Shown here piece after piece: positions 12,520-26,400 of a DNA stretch of 64,000 nucleotides. The notes under the pieces were generated by a model, which was not told where the DNA came from, made no database searches, and saw nothing but the letters and a program-made list of their open reading frames with translations. Numbering within the stretch: position 1 is the stretch's first letter; every line of letters begins with the position of its first letter. Source of the stretch: Amoebophrya sp. A120. Taxonomy: Eukaryota; Protista; Dinoflagellata. The stretch lies in the NCBI GenBank assembly GCA_905178155.1, contig CAJINV010000012.1, positions 2,333,407 to 2,397,406 of the forward strand. Reading direction: 5' to 3'. A program made the translations under genes and the position numbers.

Positions 12520-14479
12520 TGTAACAAATCTTCTGAAAAATTTCTTTACTATAAAGTCAAACTTCTTGTTGGTATGTTGGGAAGTACTTAATATGTAAAA
12601 GTTGCTTTTTTGGTTCAGCGTGTGATTCTAGTTGAGTTTAGCGTCCCTGTGGGGCGAAGAGCTTTTGCTTTCTTCAACTTGGTGTAGTACTTGATGCTTC
12701 AGAAGGAGATGAAGCCCTTTTTTTGCGTTGAATTCTTAAGTGACCAAAATGTATTTTTCTCTAAAGGGAAAAACACGAAAGCAGAGAAAAACTATATAGA
12801 AGAATTGGAGAGAGCAAGATGGAAAGAACGAAGAGCTCGAAGTAAGTCTTGGGGTAATTTTTAAAGTAGAACTCGAAGTAGCAAACAAACCAATTGATTC
12901 AGTTGCTGCTAGAGATTGTTTTTTGATGAAGTTCCTCTAACTTCCATCCGAAATTGCTTTTTTCCTCTAGATGATGCAAACGAAAAGTAGAAAGTGGTGG
13001 TTGTCTTCACAGGGGCAAAACGAAGACGAACAGATGAAATCAGGAATTTTATAAAAAGGCTCTTTTTAATACTAATAGATGCTGTTCAGATTTCCTTTTC
13101 TCCAGAACTGTGAGGAGCAACTGTTCCTGCGTAGTTTTTTTAGAAGTAGAAAATATAGTCCTCACGGACGTCGTGGACTATTTTCCGGAAAGTCTTCCAA
13201 TGTTAAACCGAGCTTGTTTCGATGCACCGTCAACGTTTCATCCGCACTTGTGAGGCTCCGATTTCCAGCCGTCGAATGATGCGGTAAAAACTATAACTTC
13301 TTCATTTTGGCATTGTCGCTTGAAGATCCTCGTCGTGTGATCATTTTTTTGTTGAGCCGATCCACCGATGATCTTTCTGCTGAAATAACTTCATAAGCAG
13401 TAGATCCTACCTTTATTTAGTTCGTCCGTTGATCAATTGGTAGCGAGAACAAACACACAACTTTGATCATCTGCTGATGCCCAAAATTTAACATTTTGAT
13501 CTATACCTCCACAATAGTCACCGAGTGGTCTTTATGAGTAAATGCATCAACATGTCTCGTCCTACTACCAGCTTGCTTACACACGCCACGCGACCGACCA
13601 CTCGGAGGACCGAAGTTTATCAATTTATGAAGGAGGAGGAGGACCGTAAAAAGAACCGGATCTACTCGGAGCCTCAAAAATTATTGCAGGGTTGTATGAT
13701 CATCACGCGTGCTGGTTCAAGATCAAATGAAGACAGGAGTTCATGCCTGAAACAAATCGCAGCCGCGGCCAGAGTTCTTGAGCATTAGGATTAGTTGTCT
13801 CTGCTGCTGCGGTCCACCTCGCGCAAGAACATTATTTATCACAGCAGCCTGCCCTCCAACAAAGAAAGCACACGGTCGTGCCATCAAATTGAGCGTGCTT
13901 GTGAGCAATAGCAACTGTAGGTGCCTACTTACATCAACCACAAAAAGAAACAATTTTGCTCTTTTCAACTGAATCTTACAACATCTTTGAGCAGGTAGAA
14001 TGCGTGCATTAGTGGCGGGTAGAAGTGCCTCCTGATTTTTATCGACATGGGCGTTTCTTGATAAGGGCCGTAATTCTAGATTTTCATCAATAGGCGGGTA
14101 GGAGTAGTTTTCCATCATGTACAGATATCAATCACGACATCGCGGGAGGCAGGCCGCGCAGGATCCGTGGTTACTAGCGTCAAAAATAATAAATAGTAAG
14201 CAGGGTAGGGGAGCTACTCGAACCTGCTTCGTTATTGGTCAATGAGAATATTCGTACATCTACTGTGATCATCTATTTCCACCAGGAATCTATCTCTAAC
14301 ACCAACATGGTGAGTCAGAAACGTTCCGAATCATACACAAGAAAAAGTATTTATGTTATTGATTCATCGTAGGCAAATACCGAAGTATAGAAGATTTTCA
14401 TTCTCTCTCAGAGTTAATAGTTGTTTTAGATGTCCAACACGAAGGAACTTGTCCATTCGAGTAATTCCACCCACGACCT

Positions 14480-17400
14480 TTATGGATTTTTGCGCATCAT
14501 TCGGGCCAGTGGTGAGATGCTTGGCGTGCTGGAGTTGTTGTTTCCGCCCAGTTATGAACTGCAAAAGTATCGTACTCGTACGAATGCATGACAAATTTCC
14601 TCAGCATGACAAATAAAATTTGTAATGCAGATTTGCCTTGGGAACAACATTTGTAATGCAACACTTGCATTTACACGAGTAGGATACTTTTGCACAGGAT
14701 ACCAGTAGACTCGTTGTCGAAAAGGAACTGTTGTAGCTATTGTTGTACTGTTCTGTGCAAAAGTATCGTACTCGTAGTAATTGGGGTCATGCATTACAAA
14801 TCTTTTTCATAAGGTAAATCCGCATTAGAAATTTTATTTCTCATGCTGCGGGAATTTGTCATGCATCTATACGAGTACGATACTTTTGCAATTCATATGT
14901 ACTGCACCCTCTTTCCCCGTGCCACCCTCCTGGGCCGCAGATTCACCTCCGCCATTTTTTCGATGCGTTTCAAATACCCGTGCAGGTCGTCCAGAAAGTG
15001 CGGGCGCACCAGCGGGTTTTTCAGCACTCGCTCGTCGCCGTCGTAATAATCGTTCAAATCAAACGCGGGATCATTCGGGTTGATCCTCGCTTTCTTCAGG
15101 ATGGCGTCGCGGATGAGCAACTTCCCGGCATGCATTACATCAAACTCGATTTCGTGCCGCCGGCGCAGGATTTCGATGGCACCCTCGAAGTAGCACTGGT
15201 CTTTCGCGCACGACTCGTACAACACGTCGGGTGGATGCGTGACTGGCTCGGACTTCGGCTCGAGGTAATGAGTATCCTGTGCAAATGTATCGCACTCGTA
15301 GTGATCGCAGTTATGCATTAAAAATTTCTTTCTCAAGTTAAATCCGCAATACAAATTTTATTTCTCATGAGGAAGTTTATCATGCAATTTATACTAGTAC
15401 GATGCTTTTGCAATGCATAATGAGGCTCCTTTCCCTTTTTCTTGGCGCCGGGCCCTCCTGCTGCGCCACTCGTCCCACTAGAATTATTTGCGCCAAAGTT
15501 GCCCCCCGGCTGCTGAAAGGGAGCAGCGGTCGTGTAGACGGAGTTGGTGTCTTTCCCCGAAGTGGTAATGGCCCCCGCACCGTAGGGATTGGAGGTCGCA
15601 CCACTCGCCGTGCCTTGCGGCAGGCTGAACCGGCCCGCCAGCGCCGTGCTGTTGTTCCACTTGGGCAGGTCCTTGTTGTTTTTTTCGCGCAATTTGTTGT
15701 CCCATTCCTCCCTTTATGCCATGAAAATTAACCAACCCCATCCAGTCTTTGCATAACATTAACAAGCACGGAACTTGCTACATGTTTTGCATGACAAATT
15801 GGATCAGGATGGTTAATTTTCAGGGAATACCCTTTCCAGTTCCTCCATGGCGAGCAGGGCGGCTTTCCGCTTCCTTGCAGTCACCGCAATGCAGCCGCGC
15901 TTCGCCCGCACGCAGTCGCGCCACCGCAGGTCCGGGTCCGCGGTGTAACGTTTCAAGTGATTGAACAATTCGACAAACGAGAGTCGCTCGCTCATGCACA
16001 CGCAGTAGTAGACGTACGCTGGTTGCCACAGGAGCTTATCCTTGTAGAACTGGTGCGTGTTCAGCGCCGCTAAACCCTCTTCGGAACGTATCCTGAGTAA
16101 AAACGTACCCACGCCAGAGTTGTAATGCAGATTTGCAAAGACAGAAAGACTTGTAATGCGCATCCCCATGAGAGCCATTTCTAATCGTGTTTTGGAATTT
16201 GTGATGCTGTGAACAGGATGAGCAGATGAATCTGTGATGCGGCTGCACTTGCTAACCTGCACTACACTGCAGAGTGTAACTTGTCATGCGTGACTCACAA
16301 AGCCCCTAGGTTTGTGTTGCAAAATCCCCATCCTGACTCTGGTGTGGGTACGTTTTTACTCAGGATAGAACGCAGCCGCTCCCGCGCGGTTGCGGATCGC
16401 TTGTGGAAGTTGAATTTGGTCGTCAAGTCAAGCACCCTATGCATTGCAAAAGTATCGCACTAGTATAAACTGCAATACAAATTGGCTCAGCATTACAAAT
16501 CAAATTTGTAATGCGGATTTCCCTTAACACCTAGATTTGTAATGCATAATTGCAATTAGTACGAGCACGATGCTTTTGCACTGAATACACCCCGTGCTGC
16601 GACAAAATGCTGGAGAACGACCTCGACAGCTCCCGCTTCCGGTTGTTGATTCCATACACTGCGGCGTGTAACGGGTTGAAAATGTTGTTGTTGTTGTGCG
16701 ATGAATAATTTTGATGACCTGTGCTTGTTGTGATGTTCGTATTCAATTGTTTCGTCCTTTCCTCTTCTCGACCCTCTGGGGACAAGCTGCGTGGCGTGAC
16801 CGAGTAGTCTTTCGTGTTCTCCACGGGGCTGCTACTGTTCGAAATGCGTGCCTGCTTCGCCTTCAGGATCGACTCCTCTGCCGACCTCTGGAGCTCGTCA
16901 ATCGGGGACGTTTTCTTGTTGGCCACGTGTTCTTTCGAGTTCTGCTTCGCACTAGTCGACGAGGACGCGGAACTTGACGGCACAACCTCGGGGTACGCCA
17001 CGATTGACGTGCCCAGGTTCAGAATCTTACTCGTCAGCCGCTGATGCGGTTTCATCGAGGACGCAGTATTGTCGTGGCTGTCCTTGTATGCACTGCAAAA
17101 GCATCGTACTAGTATAAATTGCATCACAAATTAGCTCAGCATGAAAAATTGAATTTGTCATGCTAAATTACCTAAGAAACCAGATTTGTCATGCTAGTCT
17201 GGCATTTATACGAGTGCGATACTTTTGCGCAGGATAGTACCTTGTTGTCTTTACTAGCACCTACCTCCGCGGAGCTACTCGAGGAACTACTGGAGCTGGA
17301 ATTCACACGCGTGGTGGAGGACGCGTTGCAGGCTTTCTCCGTTGTGTCTTCCAAAATTTCCGGTCCGTTTTGGTGCTGATCTGTGTAGTTGTTGTCTCTG

Positions 17401-20400
17401 CGAAAGAAAACGTCATTGTTAGTAGTAGAGTTTCCACAACCACCCGCACCCCCACCACCTCCCGGAGCTGCGTAGTTGCTGAGTGACGTCATGCCCGACG
17501 CAGCTCCCGCTCCACCGCCCGGACTGTTGTTGCCGGAGGCGGATGGTGCACCAGAATTTTGGTTGTTCTTCTCGTGCGAAAACCAGTTGGCGCCGACCTT
17601 CTGCTCAAGACTATAGGTGTCCGCGTTTTGCCACTCCAGTAAGGGGGTCTGGAGTCGCTCGTGCACGTAGTTCAACAGTCGCAGCCTATCAAAAGGAAAA
17701 ATCCGCCCTCCCCAACATACCAAACCTGAGATTTGTGTAGCATGATTTGTGGCCACAAATCCTTTTGTCATGCTAGAGGGGAAGAGATGCGTACTGTAGT
17801 GCTGGCGGGCGCAGGCAAGGCTAGCTGCTTCAGCATGACAGAGAGCAACTGGAAACGGAAAACAGCTTGACAACTCTCCTACGAACGAGGGGGCAACTGC
17901 GTCTCTTGGCCTTCTAGCAACACAAGTCGATTTGTGTACTCGAATACAGCAACACAAATTTCCTTTTCAATATGGGGAGGGGGGATTTTTCCGCACAATA
18001 CAGCCGGTCGCGATTCGTGATCAAGTGTCGCCACTGCCGGTCAGTGGTCATCAGCTCCACGGAAGGGGGCCAACAGGGCTCCTCCATGATCTCCGAATTT
18101 ACGCCGCGCGTGCAGTGGGTACCTGAGAGTAGGTGAAGAGTCGGTGATTTTTTATTGGTATTCTAATTATCTCTTAACATGCAAATAAACCAACACGCCC
18201 TGTAAGTGTATTAATCATGCAGAAATAATGAATCTAAATACGATGACTGCGCCGAGGTTTGACTTTGAGTGTGCTTCTGCTTTCAATCAATCTGTGGAAA
18301 AATAACCGCAAAAAAAATCTTCTCGGTGGAGAACTATAAATATACCAATCTCATGGTCCAGAATGCTGATAAACCGCTCCAGTCGGTAGACCTTGAAGTC
18401 GCTGTGCAGCGCCATGGTTTTGGTTTGCTTCGAGTAGCTACACACCAATTTCTGCTTCGGAAAGACGATGCGGATCATGTGGTCTAGGCTGTGCTTCTGC
18501 AGGTACCCAACGGCAACGTCAATGATTTTGTTGCGCAGCATCTCCTCACTGGTCACGCGCGTCAGTCTTTCCAACTTCAGAGCCTCGCTATCCTGTGCAA
18601 AAGTATCGTACTCGTGCAAATGCAAGTCTTCGTTCGTTGTGGATCGGCTCTGCCGACCGGGTAACCCATCGCCTCACATACAAATGACCGACATAGGCGA
18701 ACCCCGGGAAGTCTTGCATTACAAATCTTGTGTCCAAGGCAAATCTGCATTACAAATTTTATTTCTAACGCTGAGAAAATTTGTAATGCATTTATACGAG
18801 TACGATACTTTTGCAGTTCATACTCGCTTCCCTCGCCCAATTCTTCCTCCAATTGGAAAACCTCCTTGCCGGTGCGCATACTGATTTTCAGCACGTCACA
18901 GAACCGCTTCCCGAAGATTTCGTCGGCATACGACGGCTTCTTGTTTCTATTTGTACTATTCTGCGGGTCTACCGTGGTTGATAAGGCTCCCGCTAGTTGT
19001 AGTTCCGTGTTGTAGTGGTTGCTATTGCTAAAATTATTGTTCGTGTTAGAAGCCATCATGTTCTGATTCACCGATTGAAGATACCGTTGCCCCGCGTTGT
19101 TCTGTTGTATCAAATCGGTTTCCGACAAGTTACAAATTTCGTCCTTGTAAAAGGCTCGCAGGATAATCGGGTCCTCGGGTGTCAACCGGTCCTCGTACTC
19201 CTGCTTTTGCTGTTCTAACTTTTTCCGCTTCAGCTCCTCTTCCCGCTCCTTCTGCTGGGCTTGCGCGACCGCTTCCCGCATCTCCTTCGCTGTTTGCAGC
19301 GCTTCCTCCGCAAGAAGGAGCTGCTCACTGGGGGGTGTGACCGAGGGGATTATGGGGGACCCATTTTTCGGGGTTGTGGCAGATGAACTACTGGATACAA
19401 GTTGTCTTTGCTGGGAGGCACCTCCACGCGGACCATTTAATATTCCGTTTTGTTGTTGTGCGCCATCACTATTTAAATCCACTTGCAGGTCGGGGTGCTG
19501 CTTGGTGACAAAATTAATCAGTGAGCTTTTGTTGATCTTCTTGTTGCCCGCGTCGACAAAGCTCGGGACTGCGCCTGATGTTGATAGTGAACCTTGCTCG
19601 TCCCTACTGGAAGCTGATGCCCTTCTAGACGAAGATTCTTGTCGGGCCGGTACTGTAGAAGTAGTTCCTTGCTGCTGCAGGTTCCTTTCCTGATGATCGA
19701 CAAAAAGTGTCGCAGCCGTATTGAGAAGAAAGCTCCCCCCTCCCCGTATTGGAAAGGCATGTTTCCGAAAATTTACATTGCTGATTTGTGACCACAAATC
19801 AGGTCTGTCTTGCAGGAACACAAATGCAGAGGCATCCGCCCAATTGTGGAAACGATTTGGCATGCTGTTGATCGTAGAGGGTAGCCGTTTGCAATGCTGA
19901 ACAACTAGACCCAAACACTCCTACCTAGGCTGCGGATCTGGCCGCAGTGCCTTACTGCAAGACAAGTCGGATTTGTGTACGCAAATCCAGCATCAGAAAC
20001 TTCGCTTTGACACGTGGAGGGGGGATTTTTTCTTTTGATAAGCCGGGTTAGGATCGTTCACACAAGGGATTAGAGTGTGAAAAGGTTTGTACTCGACGCC
20101 AACGGACGGGGCTTGCACTTCTTTTTGGTCTGGATCTACTGCTACAACTCCGCCACTACTTCCGAGCGACACTACTTCCTGCCTTCTCCGTCTGCTCGAG
20201 GAAGAAGACTCCGGTCTTTTCTGTAATTTTGAAGACGACGCGGTCGAGGCGGTACTGCTGCTACTCCCCGGCGGCCTCGTGGCTGTGTTTGATGTTCCAT
20301 TTTCAGCATTCGACGCAGCTCCAGCGTGGTCAGCTCCTGCCCCATCTTTGGTACTACTATTCGGAGGTTGCTGGTGCATCATAAATGGGAACAGATCTCC

Positions 20401-23400
20401 TGCTCCAGCGGATGACTTTTGTTTCTTTTTCTTCGAGGAACTCTGCGTTGTTCCAGACGCAGAAGACGTCCCGGATTTTTTCTTCAGCTTCTTCTTTTTC
20501 TTGACCCCGGATGAATTATTTACCACCTGTGCAGCTCCCGGTGCCATCTCGTCCCCCGTGAGCAGGCCAGCACTACTATCAAAAGCAAAAATCCCCCCTC
20601 CCCATATCGAAAAGGTATGCTTCCGAAAATTTGTGTTGCTGATTTGAGGTCTCAAATCACATTTGTATTGCAAGAAGACAAGGGCAGAAGCTTCCGCCCC
20701 CCTATGGAAGCGATTTGTCATGCTGTCGGGTCTAAAGGGGAGCCGCTTGCCATGCTGAACAACTAGACGCATACGCCCCTACCTAGCCTGGGGATCTGAC
20801 TGCAATGCTTTCCTGCAATACAAACCTGATTTGTGTACTCAAATCCAGCATCAGAAATTTCCTTTTGATATGGGGAGGGGGGATTTTTCATTTTGATAAC
20901 TACAAGTCGCGGAGCTGCTCGCCGAGGGGGTTCTCCGGTCCAATAGGTTCGTAATGCTGGATATGGATGTGTCAGAGTTGAAATCGACAAAGTTGAAATA
21001 ATTTGTCATGCATAAAATGGATGCCAGTTGGAACCCAGTTTCCAAGTGGCGCATGACAAATTTCGGTGGTCCCTAAATCCAGTTTGTCATGCTGTTTAGG
21101 CAAAGGAGAGCGATTTTCTCATGCTACTTTAGCAGCTCGAGCTGTAACCCCAGACAGGCTTACAATCGGCCTCACTTGCCTGCTCTGCAACACACGTACC
21201 TCGGGTCATGCATTTTATGCATTACAAATTATTTCAACTTTGACGATTTCAGACCTGACGCTTCCATACTGGATGAACTCGCAGCACTGCCGCGTTTCGA
21301 GCCGGCATTGGCGGAACTTTTTTTCTTCATTGTTCCGTCGTTCCCTGTGACCGAATCGGTGGCGGAGCTGGAACCTACATCGGTTTCCAATTCCTCGCAC
21401 GCAGCATTTGTCGTGCAGAATTTCAAGTCCACGTTTTCGACCTGGTTCTTGATGAGTTTCGCGAAGGAAGAGGAACTGGGCTTCGGGGGCTTCGAAGCAG
21501 CTGCAGCTGCGCCTGGTGCAGAACGTGTAGCAGGAGCCGCCACGTCAGGTGCGTTTGCGTTTGCATTTGCATGTCGTATCATTCCGTCGCTATTGATTTC
21601 GCTTTTCAACAACGGTTCTTGCTGCTGTTCGCATTGCTGTTGCTGCGACCCCGACGTTTTGTGAAGTAGGAGGTCATCATGGTCTTCTGGATTACAGTCT
21701 TGCTCCTCTTCGCTCGATGAAGAACTGCTGGAGCTTGCCGTGGGCGTCACCGAGGAGCACGCGATCGGCGCGTGCAAGGGTGCGTGGCTCGGGCGTTGCT
21801 GGACGTGCGCCAACCGCAAGGGTTGCTTGCTAATGTTCAGAAAGCTGTGCGGTGGGTTTTTGTTTCGCAGAGAGCTGGACGACGCGTTATTGGAATTAGT
21901 GCCACCGCCTCCACCTCCAGAAGAACTGTTGTACCCACCTCCGCTGCTGTCGTTGTTGCGATCGTCCGTGTACAGATCTGCCAGCCCGAAGGACCTCCCG
22001 GGGAGGTTTCGTACAATGTCCCGGCCCGCGTTCATGGCTTTGCGGACCGTGGTATGACTGTGCACAACTCCCCCTCTCCCTCATTTGTGTTGCATGAACA
22101 GCAACAGCACAAGCGCCGGCAAAGATGCAGCTTTTGCATGGCAAATTCCTAGAGGATTGTAGTGCTGCTTTGGCTTTCGGAATCTGTCATGCAACCAGTG
22201 CTAACGGGCAAAAGGTAGATTTGGGGTTTTGCATGACAAATGAGGGGGAAAGGGAGTTGCGCCCTTTCATACGTCGTCTCCCTTCTGTGCTCCTTTTCCC
22301 GTTCCCGCTGCTCCATCGGGGGAGAAACGGAGGGCGAAATCGATTTCTCTTTTCCCAAGGCGCCCATGCCGAAATCGTTCGCCACGCCCTGCAGAATCAG
22401 GTTCTTCAGACTTTCCGCCCGCTGGTCAACGATCTGTGGGGGGTTGATCTGCTCCGCTGGGGGCGCAGTGGAGACTAACGGGGTTGCGGAGTTTGGACTG
22501 CCGGAAATGTGCAACTGATGGGGGAGGTTGTGGCTGTTCAAGTTCATCTGGTGATGGGGACGAGAGGAAAGCGAAGGGGACGATGATCCTCTGGATGGAC
22601 GAAGAAGCTCGGCTGCCGTATCCACGGAAACGCAGCCACGCACCCCCATGATCCAACTTGTCATGCAAATCATGCATAAGCTGCAGAGTTTGTGTAGCAA
22701 AAAATGGATGCTGGGGATGGGTGCTTTTTCCTGGATATGCCGGGGGTTCATTCTCCACTTCCTCACCGTCATGTAGCGAAGACGAGCCGTCATCTTCCTC
22801 TTCGGAGTTGTCTCCTGCATCGTTCCTGCTTGACGAGGCAACAACATTTCTTCCTGGCACTGCTCCGCCTCCTTTTGGGGCGATAGAACTTGCAGCAGTA
22901 CCACTACCGCCAGTACTAGTTGTACTGCTTTGTCCTGCCCCAGAAGTTACAGCAGCACCTCCCCCACCCAGCGGCGCCCAACTGCTCAAGTCCGGCTTCA
23001 CGAAAGGAGTACTAGAACTTCCTGTGCCTATCTCATTCGCCTGTGAGACGACCTGGACCACCTGCTTCCTGGATTGCGTTTTGCGCAACAATTCCTGGAT
23101 GTTTAACGCCGGCGCGGTTGGATATCCTGTGCAAAAGTATCGTACTCGTAGAAGTAAGTAATCGCATTTATGCATGACAAATCTCTTTTTCAAGGTAAAT
23201 CAGCATGAGAAATTTCGTTTGTCATGTTGAGCAAATTTGTAATGCGATTACTAGTAGTACGATGCTTTTGCAATTCATATTGGATCATTTTGATCGATTT
23301 CAAACAAGCGCCCGCTCTATCCTGTGCAAAACAAGTATCGCACTCGTATAAAAAATGCATTACAAATTTCCTCAGCATGAGAAATAAAATTTGTAATGCT

Positions 23401-26400
23401 GATTTACCTTTAAAAAAAATTTTGTACTTAATGCATGATTGCAATACGAGTACGATACTTTTGCAATTCATACGCTCTTCCTGCCCCCCGTGGCCTTCAT
23501 CACACTGCCGTTGGACATGTATGGATTGCAAAAGTGTCTGGGTCTGGAAGATTGCAGCTTGTCATGCTAAATCCGAACCATGCAAAAATCTGTGTTGCGT
23601 TAGTACCAAAAGCTGTCCACTTTCGAAGAACTTGGGAGGGGGTTTCTCATGCAGGATAGGCATGACAGAGACCTCACAGACTCTGTTGTGCTAGGTCTCG
23701 CATTCCAGACCTCACGGGTCATGGAAAACCTGCATGACAAGTTTACACTCTTCCAGACCCAGACATATTTGCAGTTGATAACATGGATTTCGACGCATTT
23801 GTCGGCTGGTTCTGCTGGTCCAGAGCGCTAGAGTTGTGGTGGACGAGGTGATATCCACAGTAAATTTCCCGTACACGTACAAATGCTGTCTCTGCATGGC
23901 AAAACTGACCTTCAATCTTAGTCAGCGTGACAAGTTTGACACTCAAAGTTAGCGAAATTTGTCATGCATTTTGTACATGTACGAGAAATTTGTATTGCAT
24001 AGATGAGAAGCAGCAACGGCGCTGGTCGAAGACGATGAAGAACTACTCGCTGACTCGATGGAGATCGAGTCTCCGCGGTGTAGTACGAGTGTGCTGGACG
24101 ATTGCTGGGAAGTAGAACTACTGCCCGCAGGTGGATGTTGCACTACAGCAGCTGCTCCGACAAGTGAAGATGAACCTCCAACCCCGTCTGATGCAGTAGT
24201 TGATACGGCATTGCCAAACGCGTTGAAACTGTTCCTACGGCTGTTGTTGCCCGAGGCATTATTGTTGCCCGTTCCACCTGAAGACGAGGACTGCTGCAAC
24301 AATCGGTCTCTTAAACTGCTTCTTCCACCGGTGGAGGAGGTTGTGTTGCTATTATTGCTCTCGATCATGAGATCGACTGCGCTGCTGGTCGCGGAACTCG
24401 GAGCTTGCGAGGACTGCAGAACGGAAGTCGCCACCGCCAAAGATGAAGCTGATGTTGTGCCGGAATTGAGCGAACTCAAAGACAGCTCCGAGTTGCTCTG
24501 CGCAACAGAAGGCGGATGGCGCTTCGATTTCAGGTAGTTCCCCGGGAAAAGCCCCGGATGCACCATGGCCGTGTTGGTGCTCAGGGCGTTGGTACTTGAT
24601 GCTGTACCGCTCTTTAATATCGCGGATGATCTGCTGTGATGTTCTGTGCCGTTAGCTGCACTATCTGGCTCCACATTCATCGCAGGGGTGAGGTTTTGGA
24701 GCGTCAAGTTTACGACGTTCGCGTTTGTCGGGACAGGAGGGATGAGCTCGTCTGAGGTGGTCACGAGGTTGGATGTTGGTGCAGAAGCTTTCTTGTTCGT
24801 CGCACCGTTCATATTATCGGCAGCAGTTGTTCTATTGTTGCTCACACTTGTTCCAGATCCACCTGTCAGCAACCCGGGCCCGCGTGGTGGCGGAACCTTA
24901 GAAGAGTTCATGACCGGGATCATCATGGAAGCAGAATTCGTGTTGTCGTCAAACGCCCACTATCCTGTGCAAAAGTATCGTACTCGTATTGTAATCATGC
25001 ATTACAGATCCTGTCCTTAAGGAAAATTAGCATTACAAATTCTATTTCTCATGCTGAGGAAATAATTTGTGATGCATTTATACGAGTACGATACTTTTGC
25101 AATGCATACCCGTGCGTCCAAATCTGGGCTGGTAATCGCCATCTGCAACACCGTCGGTGTGGCCGTCTTGCTGGTCGTTACACTGGTACTGGAGAGTGTC
25201 AGTTTGTTGTTTGACGGCGTCTTGTCGACGTTGGTACTGAGGGTGGCCGAGGACGCCAGCTCGTGTTTGATCTGAGATGATGATGCATCTACTCTGCTTA
25301 CGACTTGTTCTTTCGTGCTTTGTATGCCGACCACTTGCAAGGCGCCCGGTCGTGTTCCTCCAGTTTCCTGATGCTCTCCCTTTCCCGTACTACCCGTTCC
25401 CCCCGCTTCGGAATTTGACTTCGAAGAAATCACGATCTCCCCGCCTATTAACCTTATCGACTCACCGATAGAAGGAGAGCCTTGTTTGTGCACCCCTTCC
25501 AAAAGGCCGTACTCCTTTATGGAACTGTCAGGATTGAAATTGACAAAGTTGAAAAATTTGTGATGCATAAAATCGATACCAGTTGGAAGCCCAATTTCTA
25601 AGCGGTGCATGACAAATTTAGGCACCGTATAAATCCAGTTTGTCATGCTGTTTAGCGAAAGAAGTCGTCTTTTGTCATGCTACTTTAGCAGCTCTATCCC
25701 AAACCCGAAACAGGCTCACAATTGGCCTCGCTTGCAATCCCTGCAAGACAGTCACCTCGTGCCTTGCATTTTACGCATCACAGATTATTTCAACTTTGTC
25801 GATTTCAATCCTGACACTCCCATATCCTTCAGCCGCTGAAGCTCCTGCAACACAGTCACCTGCTCCCGGTCCTTTTTCTCCTTCGCCTATCCTACAGAAA
25901 AGCTCACCATTAGTCCCAGAAAGCAATAACTTTGATTGTGCTCCTGCGGTTGTCGTTTTTGGTGATGTCTTTTTCATCTGGCAGTTGTTCAGCATGACAA
26001 GCTTTTTTGGTGCCAGTGCCTCTCAGTCTGTGGCTAGCGTTACAAAAACAAACTCAAACTGCATTGTGCATGACAAAAAATTGCGTCTTCTTGGTCTCTA
26101 CGTTACAGAGTTTTCATATGACAGGATGAATGCAGCAACACAAGTTGAAATTCCTTTATTTTCTGGTATAATATATGGGTGTACTTTTCTCAAGGATATC
26201 GCCTCGCGTTCGATGGCCTCTGCCGCGCGGGCCAAGCACCGCAGCGTGCGCGGGGAATCCAAATACTCCATCGACTTCGTCACTTGCCCATAACTATGCA
26301 TTGCAAAATTATCGCACCCACTCGTTACTCGTAGTGGTTGGGGTTGCAGTCATGCATTACAAATCTCTTCCTTAAGGCAAATCTGCACTACAAATTGCAT

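Noticed and set aside
18631-18708. Hammerhead ribozyme
   Set aside because: No CUGAUGA and GAAA core on either strand
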